Of a DNA stretch of 59,932 nt, positions 1 to 9,104 are shown piece after piece. The translations under genes and the position numbers were made by a program. The stretch's first letter is position 1. Every line of letters begins with the position of its first letter. Origin of the DNA: Rhizobium sp. Q54 (GTDB taxonomy: Bacteria > Pseudomonadota > Alphaproteobacteria > Rickettsiales > UBA1997); the NCBI GenBank assembly GCA_945871805.1, contig CAMBXE010000003.1, positions 1-59,932 on the forward strand, in the 5' to 3' direction. Under the pieces are notes generated by a model that had not been told where the DNA came from, made no database searches, and saw nothing but the letters and a program-made list of their open reading frames with translations.

Positions 1-438
1 GTGTTTGGAATTTTCGGAAAATACGAAGATTATGCAATCAGATTTATTTCGAACGCGATCTGTAAAACTCTTTTTGATTTACCAATTGCTATAAAACAAA
101 ATCGCAAATTCGACTACATTTATGTTGATGATTTAATGCCGGTGTTAGAGTTTTTTATCGAGCATGATTCGCGTCACCGCTCTTACAACGTCACTCCAGA
201 TTCAGCGGTTTCACTTTTAGAAATCGCCGAAATCATCAGAAAAATTTCACAAAAAAATTTAGAAATTAAAGTCGCAGAGTCTGGTTTCGGACTCGAATAT
301 AGCGGCGATAATTCACGCTTAAAAACTGAAACACATTGCAAATTCAGAAAAATTGAAGAGGCGATCAGCGAGCTCTATTACTGGTACCGCGACAATTTGA
401 ATTCAATCAATCAACAACTTCTTTTAACTGACAAATGA
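1..438 (+). CDS. NAD-dependent epimerase/dehydratase (extended SDR), C-terminal part; 5' end lies outside the window
   Basis: FGIFGKYE...FDYIYVDDL...YNV motifs typical of the C-half of sugar-nucleotide epimerases/reductases; overlaps next gene (ATGA). Confidence 0.8.
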   Translation: MFGIFGKYEDYAIRFISNAICKTLFDLPIAIKQNRKFDYIYVDDLMPVLEFFIEHDSRHRSYNVTPDSAVSLLEIAEIIRKISQKNLEIKVAESGFGLEYSGDNSRLKTETHCKFRKIEEAISELYYWYRDNLNSINQQLLLTDK

Positions 439-1541
439 CCATCTCACAAAAAGATAAAGCAATTTTTGAAAACCTATTCGTTCTCGAACTTGCGAACAAC
501 CATTGGGGAAAATTAGAGCGCGGTTTGAAGATCGTTCGCGATCACGCAGCAATCGTTCGCTTCAATAACGTCAAGGCCGCGATCAAGTTGCAATTCAGAG
601 ATGTTGAAGAATTTGTTCACCGCGACTTCAAGGGAAATACTGACTTCCGCTACATCAAAAAAACCGAAGATACCAAGCTCAGCAAAGCTGAATTTACTCG
701 CATGGTTGACGAAGTTAAATATCTCGGCTGCATCCCGATGGCCACACCTTTTGATGAAAAATCTGTAGATCTCTGTGTCGAGTTCGAGATGCCAATCATC
801 AAGATCGCCAGCTCTGATGTGAACGATTGGCCATTGATTGAGAAGATCGCTTCAACTCGTCGCCCAACCATTATTTCAACGGGAGGCGCCTCAGAAAAAG
901 ATCTCGACGATATCGTGCGTTTCTTCGAGAAGCGTGACATTCCTTTGTCGATTAATCACTGCGTTTCGCTTTACCCTTCTGAAGATTCCGAGCTGCAACT
1001 TGATCAAATCGATTACTTGAGAGAGCGCTACCCAAGCCACGTGATCGGCCTTTCAACTCACGAATATCACGACTGGAATTCATCAATGTTGATCTCTTAC
1101 GGCAAAGGCGCACGCACTTGGGAACGTCACGTGGATATCGATTTCGAAGGAGTTCCTGTCTCTTCCTATTGCTCAGTTCCAAGCAATTGCGACACCTGGT
1201 TCAAAGCCTTTCACAAAGCCGCTGAAATGTGTGGCGGCGCAGGTTCTTCACGTCGCGTTATTTCGAAAAAAGAAACTGAATATCTCGATGCATTAGTCCG
1301 CGGCGTTTATTGCAAACGTGATCTAGAGCCTGGCTACACCTTCACTAAAGATAATTTTGAAAAGGATTTTTACTTAGCGGTGCCTTTGCAAAAAGGGCAG
1401 CTTTCTTGCCGCGAGGTGATGAATGGCGAAAAATTGACAAAGGCGCTTAAAGCCAATGAGTCTTTGACAATCAATCACATCGATGGCCCTTACAGCGAGA
1501 ACGAAAATTTGAAAAAATTGATTCTGAATCGTGGTCTGTAA
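435..1541 (+). CDS. N-acetylneuraminate synthase (NeuB)-family PEP-condensing enzyme with C-terminal SAF-like domain
   Basis: ELANNHWG, TPFDEKSVD, KIASSD, IISTG, HCVSLYP, GLSTHE, ERH motifs; substrate unknown. Confidence 0.8.
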   Translation: MTISQKDKAIFENLFVLELANNHWGKLERGLKIVRDHAAIVRFNNVKAAIKLQFRDVEEFVHRDFKGNTDFRYIKKTEDTKLSKAEFTRMVDEVKYLGCIPMATPFDEKSVDLCVEFEMPIIKIASSDVNDWPLIEKIASTRRPTIISTGGASEKDLDDIVRFFEKRDIPLSINHCVSLYPSEDSELQLDQIDYLRERYPSHVIGLSTHEYHDWNSSMLISYGKGARTWERHVDIDFEGVPVSSYCSVPSNCDTWFKAFHKAAEMCGGAGSSRRVISKKETEYLDALVRGVYCKRDLEPGYTFTKDNFEKDFYLAVPLQKGQLSCREVMNGEKLTKALKANESLTINHIDGPYSENENLKKLILNRGL

Positions 1542-1573
1542 GAGCGGATTTTAAAATTAAAATAAACCCAGCA

Positions 1574-2716
1574 ATGCAGGTAAAATTTATTGATTTTTTA
1601 CTAGATAAAAAATCCCCAACAGATCTCACGAGCGAGATAATGAGGCCTTTCGAAGGTGTTTTGTCGAATCTCAGTGAAGCTTATATTTTTGGCTCGGCAA
1701 AAATGGGGGCTCGGGTTTATCAGTATCTCGTGATGAAGAAGATCAAGGTTCTTGGTTTTATTGATAACAATCCGGGAAAGCGGGGATCGCAGCTATTTGG
1801 AGTAAAGATTTTTTCTTTAGATGAGATAGATCGCGCCAATAATCCATGTGTCATAATCGCCTCAAGTTATCTGTGCGATATCGGGCTGCAATTGAAGCAA
1901 AATGGTTTTTCTAACGCGGTGCCATATTACCTGCTCGGACTATACGATCCGCAAGGATTCAAGCGGGAATTATCATTTAATAATCCTCACCAAGACATCA
2001 TTTTAAATAAGTCCAAATACATATCTTTTTACAACGATCTGGCAGACGAAAGGTCGAAAGAAGTTTTTGATAAAGTCATGATGTTCCGCCTCACATATGA
2101 TGCCACGCATCTTACTGGCGCTTACGATTCCACAGATAGAGAATATTTCGATGACGAGATCGTAAAATTTAAAAATGATGAAAATGTGTTTGCCGATTGT
2201 GGCGGTTACGACGGAGATACAGTGCAAAAATTTATCGACGCAACTCACGGCAAATACAAAAAAATTTATTATTTCGAGCCAGTGGCTGAGCTATATCAAG
2301 CCGCTAAAGAAAATTTAAAAAATTGCAGAGATATCGAGTTCGTCGATTGCGGCGTATATTCTGAAAATAAGGTGCTGAAATTCGAAGCACTGGACGATCT
2401 TCTTGCTGGTACAATAAGCGAAGAGGGGAGTGTAGAAATAAAAGTAGTCGCCCTGGATGATTACGTAAAAGGCTTGGTTACTTTCATTAAGCTAGATATC
2501 GAAGGCTCAGAAGAAGATGCTATTCTCGGCGCAACAAATCACATCAAAACATCTCCAATACTCACCATTGCCTCATATCACCGGGCTCATGATTTATGGC
2601 GTTTGCCGGAGCTGATTAAGTCGATTAATCCTCATTATAAATTTTACCTCAGGCATTATTCGCAGTCGATTATCGACACCATAATTTACGCCATTCCAAC
2701 AGATCTCGCTAAGTAA
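1574..2716 (+). CDS. FkbM-family methyltransferase with N-terminal Rossmann-like domain
   Basis: DCGGYDGDT, YFEP, FIKLDIEGSE, IASYH motifs; N-terminal IFGSAKMG...GFIDNN. Confidence 0.85.
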   Translation: MQVKFIDFLLDKKSPTDLTSEIMRPFEGVLSNLSEAYIFGSAKMGARVYQYLVMKKIKVLGFIDNNPGKRGSQLFGVKIFSLDEIDRANNPCVIIASSYLCDIGLQLKQNGFSNAVPYYLLGLYDPQGFKRELSFNNPHQDIILNKSKYISFYNDLADERSKEVFDKVMMFRLTYDATHLTGAYDSTDREYFDDEIVKFKNDENVFADCGGYDGDTVQKFIDATHGKYKKIYYFEPVAELYQAAKENLKNCRDIEFVDCGVYSENKVLKFEALDDLLAGTISEEGSVEIKVVALDDYVKGLVTFIKLDIEGSEEDAILGATNHIKTSPILTIASYHRAHDLWRLPELIKSINPHYKFYLRHYSQSIIDTIIYAIPTDLAK

Positions 2717-4494
2717 TGTTAATAAAGCTCTCTGACTACATCGCTAAAGAGTTGGTCAATCACGGCGTTCGCCACGTCTTCATGATTTCTGGCGGTGGTG
2801 CAATGCATCTCAACGACTCATTCGGTAAGCACGAAAATCTCGAATATGTTTGTAATCATCACGAGCAAGCAGCGGCGATTGCGGCGGAAGGATATGCGCG
2901 CTGCAATCAAAAATTAGCAGTGGTGAATGTGACCACGGGACCGGGCGGCATTAATACTCTCAACGGTGTTTTTGGTCAGTGGACAGATTCAATTCCAGCG
3001 CTCTACATCTCTGGTCAGGTGAAATATGAAACCACTCTCGATTCCTGTCCAAACTCAAAATTACGTCAGCTCGGCGATCAAGAAGTCGACATTATCAGCA
3101 TGGTGAAGGTGATCACAAAATATGCTGAAATGGTGAAGGATCCGAAAGACATTAAAAAAATTTTACAGAAGGCGATTCATCTCGCGACCAGCGGCAGACC
3201 TGGCCCGACCTGGATCGACATCCCGATCAATATTCAAGGTGCGATGATCGATGAAGATGAGCTTGAGTCTTACGAAGCAGAAATTTCTGTGCCGCAAAAA
3301 ATAGAAATGCAGAAAATTATTGAATTATTGAGCCAGGCTAAACGCCCAGTAATCGTGGCTGGACACGGCATTAGAATTGCCGATCAGATCGAAAATTTTC
3401 ACCAACTAATTAACCAAACAAACATCCCATTTGTTGCAACGCTTAATGGCTTTGACATCTCTCCGTCAGCTCATCCGCTCTGTATCGGTCGTATTGGAAC
3501 TATTGGTCAAAGGGCCGGAAATTTTGCCCTGCAAAATGCTGACCTCGTTCTCTGTTTAGGTACGCGAAACAACATTCGCCAAGTCAGTTACAACTGGGAA
3601 ATGTATGCGCGCAAAGCGATAAAAATTATTGTTGATATTGACGAAGCTGAGTTGCGTAAGCCGACGATTAAAGCGGATATTGCCATCTGTGCCGACCTAA
3701 AATATTTTCTGCCGCAGCTCAAAGCAGAAGCAAAAATCTCCGCAAAACCAGATTGGATAAAATGGTGCCAAGCCAGGAAAGACAAGTATTCGCCAGCGAA
3801 TAATCCTGAATACACAAAATCTTCTGGCCTAATTAATCCTTACGAATTCATCCAAGTTTTAACTAATTCTGCGAAAGAGGGTGACGCAATTGTTACCGCC
3901 AATGGCACTGCTTGCGTGAGTTTATTTCAAGCTGGTGCGGTGAAAAAAGATCAGAGAATTATTTGGAATTCTGGAAATGCTTCAATGGGTTACGATCTTC
4001 CCGCCGCAATCGGCGCCTGCTTCGCTCGAGATAAAAAAGATGTAATCTGCGTCGCTGGTGACGGCAGCGTAATGATGAATTTACAAGAATTGCAGACGAT
4101 CAAACATTACAATTTGCCGATCAAAATTTTTGTGCTGAACAATAATGGCTACTCTTCGATTCGCCAAACTCAGAGAAATTTTTTCGGTGAAAAATTAGTT
4201 GCTTGCAGTTCGACCTCAGGAGTCTCAACCCCAGATTTCGCTAAGATCGCCGCCGCTTTCGAAATGGCTTCAGCGAAAATTGAAAAGGGAGATGATTTAC
4301 AAAAATCCGTTGCCGCAGTGCTCGCACATCAAGGCCCAATTATTTGCGAAGTAATGCTCGACCACGACTACATCTTCCAACCAAAACTCTCTTCCGAAAA
4401 ACTCCCCGATGGCCGGATTATTTCCAAACCACTCGAAGACATGTTCCCCTTCCTCGATCGCGCAGAGTTTGAGTCGAATATTATCAAAGATTAA
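2716..4494 (+). CDS. Thiamine-diphosphate-dependent enzyme (acetolactate-synthase-like, probably a YerE-type sugar carboligase)
   Basis: HHEQAAAIAAEGY, VTTGPGG, MGYDLPAAIGA, GDGS...NNNGY motifs; lies in a sugar-biosynthesis cluster. Confidence 0.8.
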   Translation: MLIKLSDYIAKELVNHGVRHVFMISGGGAMHLNDSFGKHENLEYVCNHHEQAAAIAAEGYARCNQKLAVVNVTTGPGGINTLNGVFGQWTDSIPALYISGQVKYETTLDSCPNSKLRQLGDQEVDIISMVKVITKYAEMVKDPKDIKKILQKAIHLATSGRPGPTWIDIPINIQGAMIDEDELESYEAEISVPQKIEMQKIIELLSQAKRPVIVAGHGIRIADQIENFHQLINQTNIPFVATLNGFDISPSAHPLCIGRIGTIGQRAGNFALQNADLVLCLGTRNNIRQVSYNWEMYARKAIKIIVDIDEAELRKPTIKADIAICADLKYFLPQLKAEAKISAKPDWIKWCQARKDKYSPANNPEYTKSSGLINPYEFIQVLTNSAKEGDAIVTANGTACVSLFQAGAVKKDQRIIWNSGNASMGYDLPAAIGACFARDKKDVICVAGDGSVMMNLQELQTIKHYNLPIKIFVLNNNGYSSIRQTQRNFFGEKLVACSSTSGVSTPDFAKIAAAFEMASAKIEKGDDLQKSVAAVLAHQGPIICEVMLDHDYIFQPKLSSEKLPDGRIISKPLEDMFPFLDRAEFESNIIKD

Positions 4495-4658
4495 CAACAG
4501 CGATTAACCCTCTCCCACTTTGTCTTCTCTCGTTTGCGGAGGAATTCTTTTTTGCTGAGGGGGTGTTTTTCTCCGCAATGTTTTAGGTAATTTTTGTAAG
4601 CAAAATCACCGCTGATTGTGTCGCGAATTAAGAGTAAGAATTTCTGGAATTTTTTCAT
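4491..4658 (-). CDS. YbdD/YjiX-like small protein (CstA-associated)
   Basis: 55 aa, YKNYLKH...PLSKKEF...RCC-stop; directly downstream of cstA; start moved to ATG at 4658 because the longer ORF runs through a palindrome. Confidence 0.8.
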   Translation of the reverse strand: MKKFQKFLLLIRDTISGDFAYKNYLKHCGEKHPLSKKEFLRKREKTKWERVNRCC

Positions 4659-4673
4659 TTTTCTTTTGTTGGT

Positions 4674-4748
4674 GGCCCCGCAACAAGTGCGGGGTGACAG
4701 CTGAGAGTAGGTGCTAAAAAGTGTCACCCCGCACTTGTTGCGGGGTCC
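4674..4748. repeat. Family-A REP doublet: GG(A)CCCCGCAACAAGTGCGGGGTGAC + 24-nt spacer + inverted copy
   Basis: Arms at 4674-4698 and 4723-4748; spacer AGCTGAGAGTAGGTGCTAAAAAGT is homologous to the spacer at 24590-24613. Confidence 0.95.
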
Positions 4749-6618
4749 ATTTATGACCAAGAACCTTCCTTCCTGCTGCAATCACCACAATCCACAAAAC
4801 CGCTAAAAAACTCAGGGCCAAAGCGCTGAGCAATTTTTGATCATTCACCAAAAACCCAATTCTCACATCCGCCGAGAAAACTTTTTCAATCACCGCAGCG
4901 GTTGTGGTTGTAAGCACGAAGAGCAGCGGAAGCAAAGTCACCAGGCAAAATTTCGCGCCTTTAGTTTTAAAAATAATCACCGTCGCGAGAGTCAAAGCAA
5001 TCCCCGCCAGCATCTGATTCGACATTCCAAAAAGTGGCCAAAGCAGATTCACGCCGCCATTTGGATCAATCACTCCGACGTAAAGAAAATAGCCCCAAGC
5101 ACCCACAATCGCAAAGCTCGAAAAGAGCGGAGATATTTTACGCGAAGTTACATGTTTGAGCAAATCTTCAAGCATGAAGCGCGCTACTCTCGTGCCGGCG
5201 TCGAGCGTGGTTAGAATAAAAATCGCCTCGAACATTATTGCGAAATGATACCACATTGAAAGCATTTGTGAGCCGAAAGCGGAGGAGAAAATATTGGCCA
5301 TTCCGACTGCCAAAGAAGGCGCGCCGCCGGTTCTGGCGTAGAGCGTATTTTCGCCCATTTGTGCGGCAAGATTTTGCATTACTTCGGCGGCAACGGGAAA
5401 TTCTGCGACTAGATTTGGCGAGTTAATCGCGAAGAAAATTCCTGGGTCTAAAACGCAGGCCGAAATCATCGCCATCATTGCCACGCAGCCCTCGAGCAGC
5501 ATGCTGCCGTAGCCGATTAGGCGCACATCTTTTTCGTTAGAAATAATTTTCGGCGTGGTGCCGGAAGCGACGAGAGAATGAAATCCCGAAATCGCGCCGC
5601 AGGCGATCGTAATGAAGAGGAATGGGAAAATTTTTCCGGCGAAAATTGGGCCAGTTCCGTCAACGAATTTTGTTAGTGCCGGCATTTGAATTTCGGGGTG
5701 AAAAATCAGCAAAGCGATTGCGAGCAAAGCGATTGTTCCGAGCTTTAAAAAGGAAGAAAGGTAATCACGCGGAGCGAGGAGAAGCCAGACAGGAAGAGTC
5801 GCCGCAGCAAATCCGTAAATCATTATTGCGAAGGCGAGAAACTTGGCGTCGCGATCAAAAAATATTGCGAGCGCGGAATTTTCATGCACAAATTTTCCGC
5901 CGTAAACTGCGAGTAAAAATAAAATTATTCCTACCAAACTCGCTTCCAGCACGCCTTGCGGGCGGATGAAGTAGAGGTAAACGCCAATCAACATTGCGAT
6001 TGGAATCGTCATTAAAACCGTGAATGAGCCCCACGGGCTGTGCATTAAAGCCTTCACCACAACCAAGCCCAAGACAGAAATTAAAATAATAATAATGGCG
6101 AGAGTGCCGATCAGAGCTGCGTAGCCGGCGGTTGGCCCGAGCTCGTCTTTAATCATTTGTCCCAAAGATTTTCCGTCGCGGCGCAGCGAAGAAAATAAAA
6201 TTACCAAATCTTGTACCGCCCCGGCAAGCGCGCATCCGACCAATATCCACAAGGTTCCAGGCAGGTAGCCAAATTGTGCGGCAAGAGTAGGGCCGATTAG
6301 CGGACCGGGCCCAGCGATTGCGGCGAAGTGGTGTCCGAAGACGATCCAGCGATTTGTCGGCACGAAATCTTTGCCGTCGTTAATACGTCTCGCTGGGGTG
6401 ATTCTGCTTGGATCAAGACACAAAATTTTTGCTGAAATGAAGGCGGAATAAAAGCGGTAGGCGATTAGTTGCGTGCAAATGCAGGCGGTTAAAAACCACA
6501 GTGAGGAAATTTTTTCTTCGCGAATGAGCGCGATTCCGCTGAGTGCTGCAGCGCCTAAAATTCCGATTAAGATCCAAGTCGCTGCTGACCAGAATGAAGT
6601 TGAACGAATGTTTTTCAT
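4714..6618 (-). CDS. cstA: Carbon starvation protein A (peptide/pyruvate transporter)
   Basis: TPA...DGKDFVPT, GHHFAAIAGPGPLIGP, ITIACGAISGFH, TTLDAGTR, LWPLFG motifs; start placed at ATG 6618 because the upstream extension is repeat-derived. Confidence 0.95.
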   Translation of the reverse strand: MKNIRSTSFWSAATWILIGILGAAALSGIALIREEKISSLWFLTACICTQLIAYRFYSAFISAKILCLDPSRITPARRINDGKDFVPTNRWIVFGHHFAAIAGPGPLIGPTLAAQFGYLPGTLWILVGCALAGAVQDLVILFSSLRRDGKSLGQMIKDELGPTAGYAALIGTLAIIIILISVLGLVVVKALMHSPWGSFTVLMTIPIAMLIGVYLYFIRPQGVLEASLVGIILFLLAVYGGKFVHENSALAIFFDRDAKFLAFAIMIYGFAAATLPVWLLLAPRDYLSSFLKLGTIALLAIALLIFHPEIQMPALTKFVDGTGPIFAGKIFPFLFITIACGAISGFHSLVASGTTPKIISNEKDVRLIGYGSMLLEGCVAMMAMISACVLDPGIFFAINSPNLVAEFPVAAEVMQNLAAQMGENTLYARTGGAPSLAVGMANIFSSAFGSQMLSMWYHFAIMFEAIFILTTLDAGTRVARFMLEDLLKHVTSRKISPLFSSFAIVGAWGYFLYVGVIDPNGGVNLLWPLFGMSNQMLAGIALTLATVIIFKTKGAKFCLVTLLPLLFVLTTTTAAVIEKVFSADVRIGFLVNDQKLLSALALSFLAVLWIVVIAAGRKVLGHKWTPQQVRGDTF

Positions 6619-6650
6619 TTTTTCGATTTGTTGATTTTGGATCTCTCCCC

Positions 6651-6760
6651 CGTCATTCCCGCGAAGGCGGAAATCCAGGAAAGTTCCGGCGCAACGAAGG
6701 AAATTTCCAGCGCATTGCGATCCTTCCTGGATCCCCGCCTGCGCGGGGATGACGTGACGA
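6651..6760. repeat. Family-B palindromic element (GTCATTCCCGCGAAGGCGGAAATCCAG ... CTGGATCCCCGCCTGCGCGGGGATGAC)
   Basis: Inverted arms 6651-6681 and 6724-6754; translates as VIPAKAEIQ / VIPAQAGIQ; right end identical to 33822-33840. Confidence 0.9.
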
Positions 6761-6766
6761 GTTGGG

Positions 6767-7675
6767 TTAATAAATTTCAACCAACCCGCGGTCGAGGAGG
6801 AGTTGGTTTAGGTATTCTCCATTTTCTGCAACTTTTTCTGGACTGCCTTTCCCGTAAAATACATCGGCAATGTAGCGGCCGTAAATGTCGGTTTTGTTGG
6901 TTTTTACGATTAGGAATGGCAGGTCTTTTAGAATTTTTTTCAGGGCTGTCGTCGCTTTTTTCCCTTCTGTTGTTTCGGATTCTGCGGCGTTGATTTTTGC
7001 GAGACGAAGGATTTCGTGGTGCTTAATTCCAAATCCTAAATCGAGTTTTACGTGGATTGTGTCGCCGTCGACAACGCGCTCTAGCTCTGCTTTGTAAGTG
7101 TATTCACCACCCTTGGATTCTTGAGCTTGTCGAAGATTGGCAAAAGATTTCTCGAGGAAAATATTGAAGCCTAAATCGATTTCGCCGGATTTTGTGAGCG
7201 TGTAGGTAAAAGGTTTGCCCCTCTTGATTTTCAACTTTGTCGGAATTTTTTTCACCTGCGCGCGCGGTTTCGATTTTACGATTTCGCGCTGCAAATCTTT
7301 AGCGCCAAGCTGGTTGGTCAGCGCTAAATCTTCGAGTAATTTTCTTTTTTCTTCGTTTTTTACAGTGACGAGATTTCGGTAGTGGCTCCAGTTTAAGTTG
7401 TGCGCGGGCAGGGTGGGGTAGGTTTTGTAGAAGCTGCACATTTGGTAGAGAGTGCGTTTTTCAATCAAAACATCTTTTGCTAAATCGTGGAAAAGTTTTT
7501 TGCCGTAACTGCTGCTGTTGTTTTTCAACAAATGTTCGTCGAGAATTTTTCCGATCTGCCAGCACATTTCGACCTTCTCACGATTCACACTTTGCACAAT
7601 ATCTTGCTTAGTTTCTGAAATTGTTTTTTGAATTTGAGCGAGAAGTTTTTTGTAGTCGTTTAATGCAATTTTCAT
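6767..7675 (-). CDS. DUF1016 (YhcG) N-terminal domain fused to a thermonuclease (SNase-like) domain, copy 1
   Basis: N: WQIGK...YG...MCSFYKTYP...LNWSHY; C: VVDGDTI, RLAKINAAE, DIYGRYIA, NQLLLDRGL; start aligned to the paralog. Confidence 0.8.
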   Translation of the reverse strand: MKIALNDYKKLLAQIQKTISETKQDIVQSVNREKVEMCWQIGKILDEHLLKNNSSSYGKKLFHDLAKDVLIEKRTLYQMCSFYKTYPTLPAHNLNWSHYRNLVTVKNEEKRKLLEDLALTNQLGAKDLQREIVKSKPRAQVKKIPTKLKIKRGKPFTYTLTKSGEIDLGFNIFLEKSFANLRQAQESKGGEYTYKAELERVVDGDTIHVKLDLGFGIKHHEILRLAKINAAESETTEGKKATTALKKILKDLPFLIVKTNKTDIYGRYIADVFYGKGSPEKVAENGEYLNQLLLDRGLVEIY

Positions 7676-7753
7676 TTCGTGAGATGTTGATTTTGCTGGA
7701 TAAAACCTAATTTTGAGCACCGTGCTCAAAATTCAATTTAACTCTCAAAACAA

Positions 7754-8176
7754 ATGAAAAAATCGCAACTTCTTTTAGGTAAAAAAACTTCCTACAAGCT
7801 CGACAAGCCGGATCAAAAAACTTTACAAGCCGTTTTAAATCCTCACGTGGACGTCGATTACGTGGCGAGTTTTACTTGTCCGGAATTCACTTCGATTTGT
7901 CCGATTACTGGTCAGCCAGATTTCGCCGAGTTGGTGATTAATTACGTTCCGGGGAAGTCGATTCTTGAAAGCAAATCGCTGAAACTTTACCTAGTTTCTT
8001 ACCGTAATCACGGCGCTTTTCACGAGGATTGCACGATTCAAATTGCCAAGGACATTGTGAAAACCATTAAGCCGAAATGGCTGCGAATTGCTGGCTACTG
8101 GGCGCCACGTGGCGGGATCCCGATTGATGTTTTCTTCCAGACTGGAGAAATGCCGAACGGTGTCTACGTCGACTAA
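7754..8176 (+). CDS. queF: 7-cyano-7-deazaguanine (preQ0) reductase, short type
   Basis: [36 protein letters not shown] motifs. Confidence 0.95.
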   Translation: MKKSQLLLGKKTSYKLDKPDQKTLQAVLNPHVDVDYVASFTCPEFTSICPITGQPDFAELVINYVPGKSILESKSLKLYLVSYRNHGAFHEDCTIQIAKDIVKTIKPKWLRIAGYWAPRGGIPIDVFFQTGEMPNGVYVD

Positions 8177-8178
8177 AG

Positions 8179-9102
8179 TTAGGCGACTTTAATTCCCCAT
8201 TTTTTTCCGAGATATTTTTCGATCTGAACTCTTTTTGCGGTGGGGATGCGTTTGCTGTAAACGATAATTTCTCCAATGTAGCCGCTGAAAGAGCCGTATA
8301 TTCCCGAGCAAAAACTTACCGAAGGAAAGACAGAAGCTTTTTGGCTGGTTAGGCCGGTTACAACTGAAGTGCCGTTAAGAAAAATTGTCGGAGTTTTGTT
8401 GTTGTAATCGAGCGTAATTACCGAGGCTGCATTCAATGCGTTCGAACTGTAAACCGCTAAAGACGACATGTAGGCGCCACTGTGTTCGTAAACAGAAATG
8501 CCGTTAGTACCAAGAGAAATTCCGGCGCCAGCGATTTCGTCTCTGCCGTATTGAATGCTGCCTTGCAGAGCTCCGAGAATATATTTCTGCCCAGATACTC
8601 CGGTGGTTGAGGAGTTACTTTGCGCGTCGATTTCGTGAGTAGCGGTAGGGCGAGCAACTAGAAAAATTGTAAAATTATTTGTAATGCCTGGCGCGGCAGT
8701 GGGGAAATAATCGCTGCCGGAAGTTACGGTAATTACGTCGTCAACTCCGTCGCATTGTAAGGCGGGTAATCCGTTGATTCCGCTGGTGACGTAAAATGGT
8801 CTTGTCGAGCCGCTGCTGGTCGCATTACTTTTGCTTGCTTGCTGGGGATTGGTGTCATTCCAAATAGCTACCAAAGATTGGTCGTCAATACTACTAACAA
8901 ATCCCGCTTCCGAAGTTGCGTCTAACCACAGAGCAAGATCTTGAGTTCCATTTACGGGAGAACCTTGAGTCACCGATCTTGCTGCGGCTAATTTCATTTT
9001 GACGTAGAGGCTTTTGCCCTGCATTCCTGCGACAATAAGAATGCCAATCACGAGAATAACGATTGAAAGTTCAATGAGTGAAAAGGCGCGATTTAGTTTC
9101 AT
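8179..9102 (-). CDS. Prepilin-type N-terminal methylation protein with LamG/concanavalin-like C-terminal domain
   Basis: RAFSLIELSIVILVIGIL class III signal; LWLDA...W-D, GYIGEIIVY...IEKYLGKKWG. Confidence 0.75.
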   Translation of the reverse strand: MKLNRAFSLIELSIVILVIGILIVAGMQGKSLYVKMKLAAARSVTQGSPVNGTQDLALWLDATSEAGFVSSIDDQSLVAIWNDTNPQQASKSNATSSGSTRPFYVTSGINGLPALQCDGVDDVITVTSGSDYFPTAAPGITNNFTIFLVARPTATHEIDAQSNSSTTGVSGQKYILGALQGSIQYGRDEIAGAGISLGTNGISVYEHSGAYMSSLAVYSSNALNAASVITLDYNNKTPTIFLNGTSVVTGLTSQKASVFPSVSFCSGIYGSFSGYIGEIIVYSKRIPTAKRVQIEKYLGKKWGIKVA

Positions 9103-9104
9103 TT

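Noticed and set aside
4491-4500. Selenocysteine at the C-terminal RCC of the YbdD/YjiX protein
   Set aside because: Both codons are Cys (TGT TGT... read as C-C) and the stop is TAA, not TGA
6619-6780. N-terminal extension of CstA (VIPAQAGIQ...)
   Set aside because: It derives from the family-B element and overlaps the neighbouring gene end; ATG 6618 fits better
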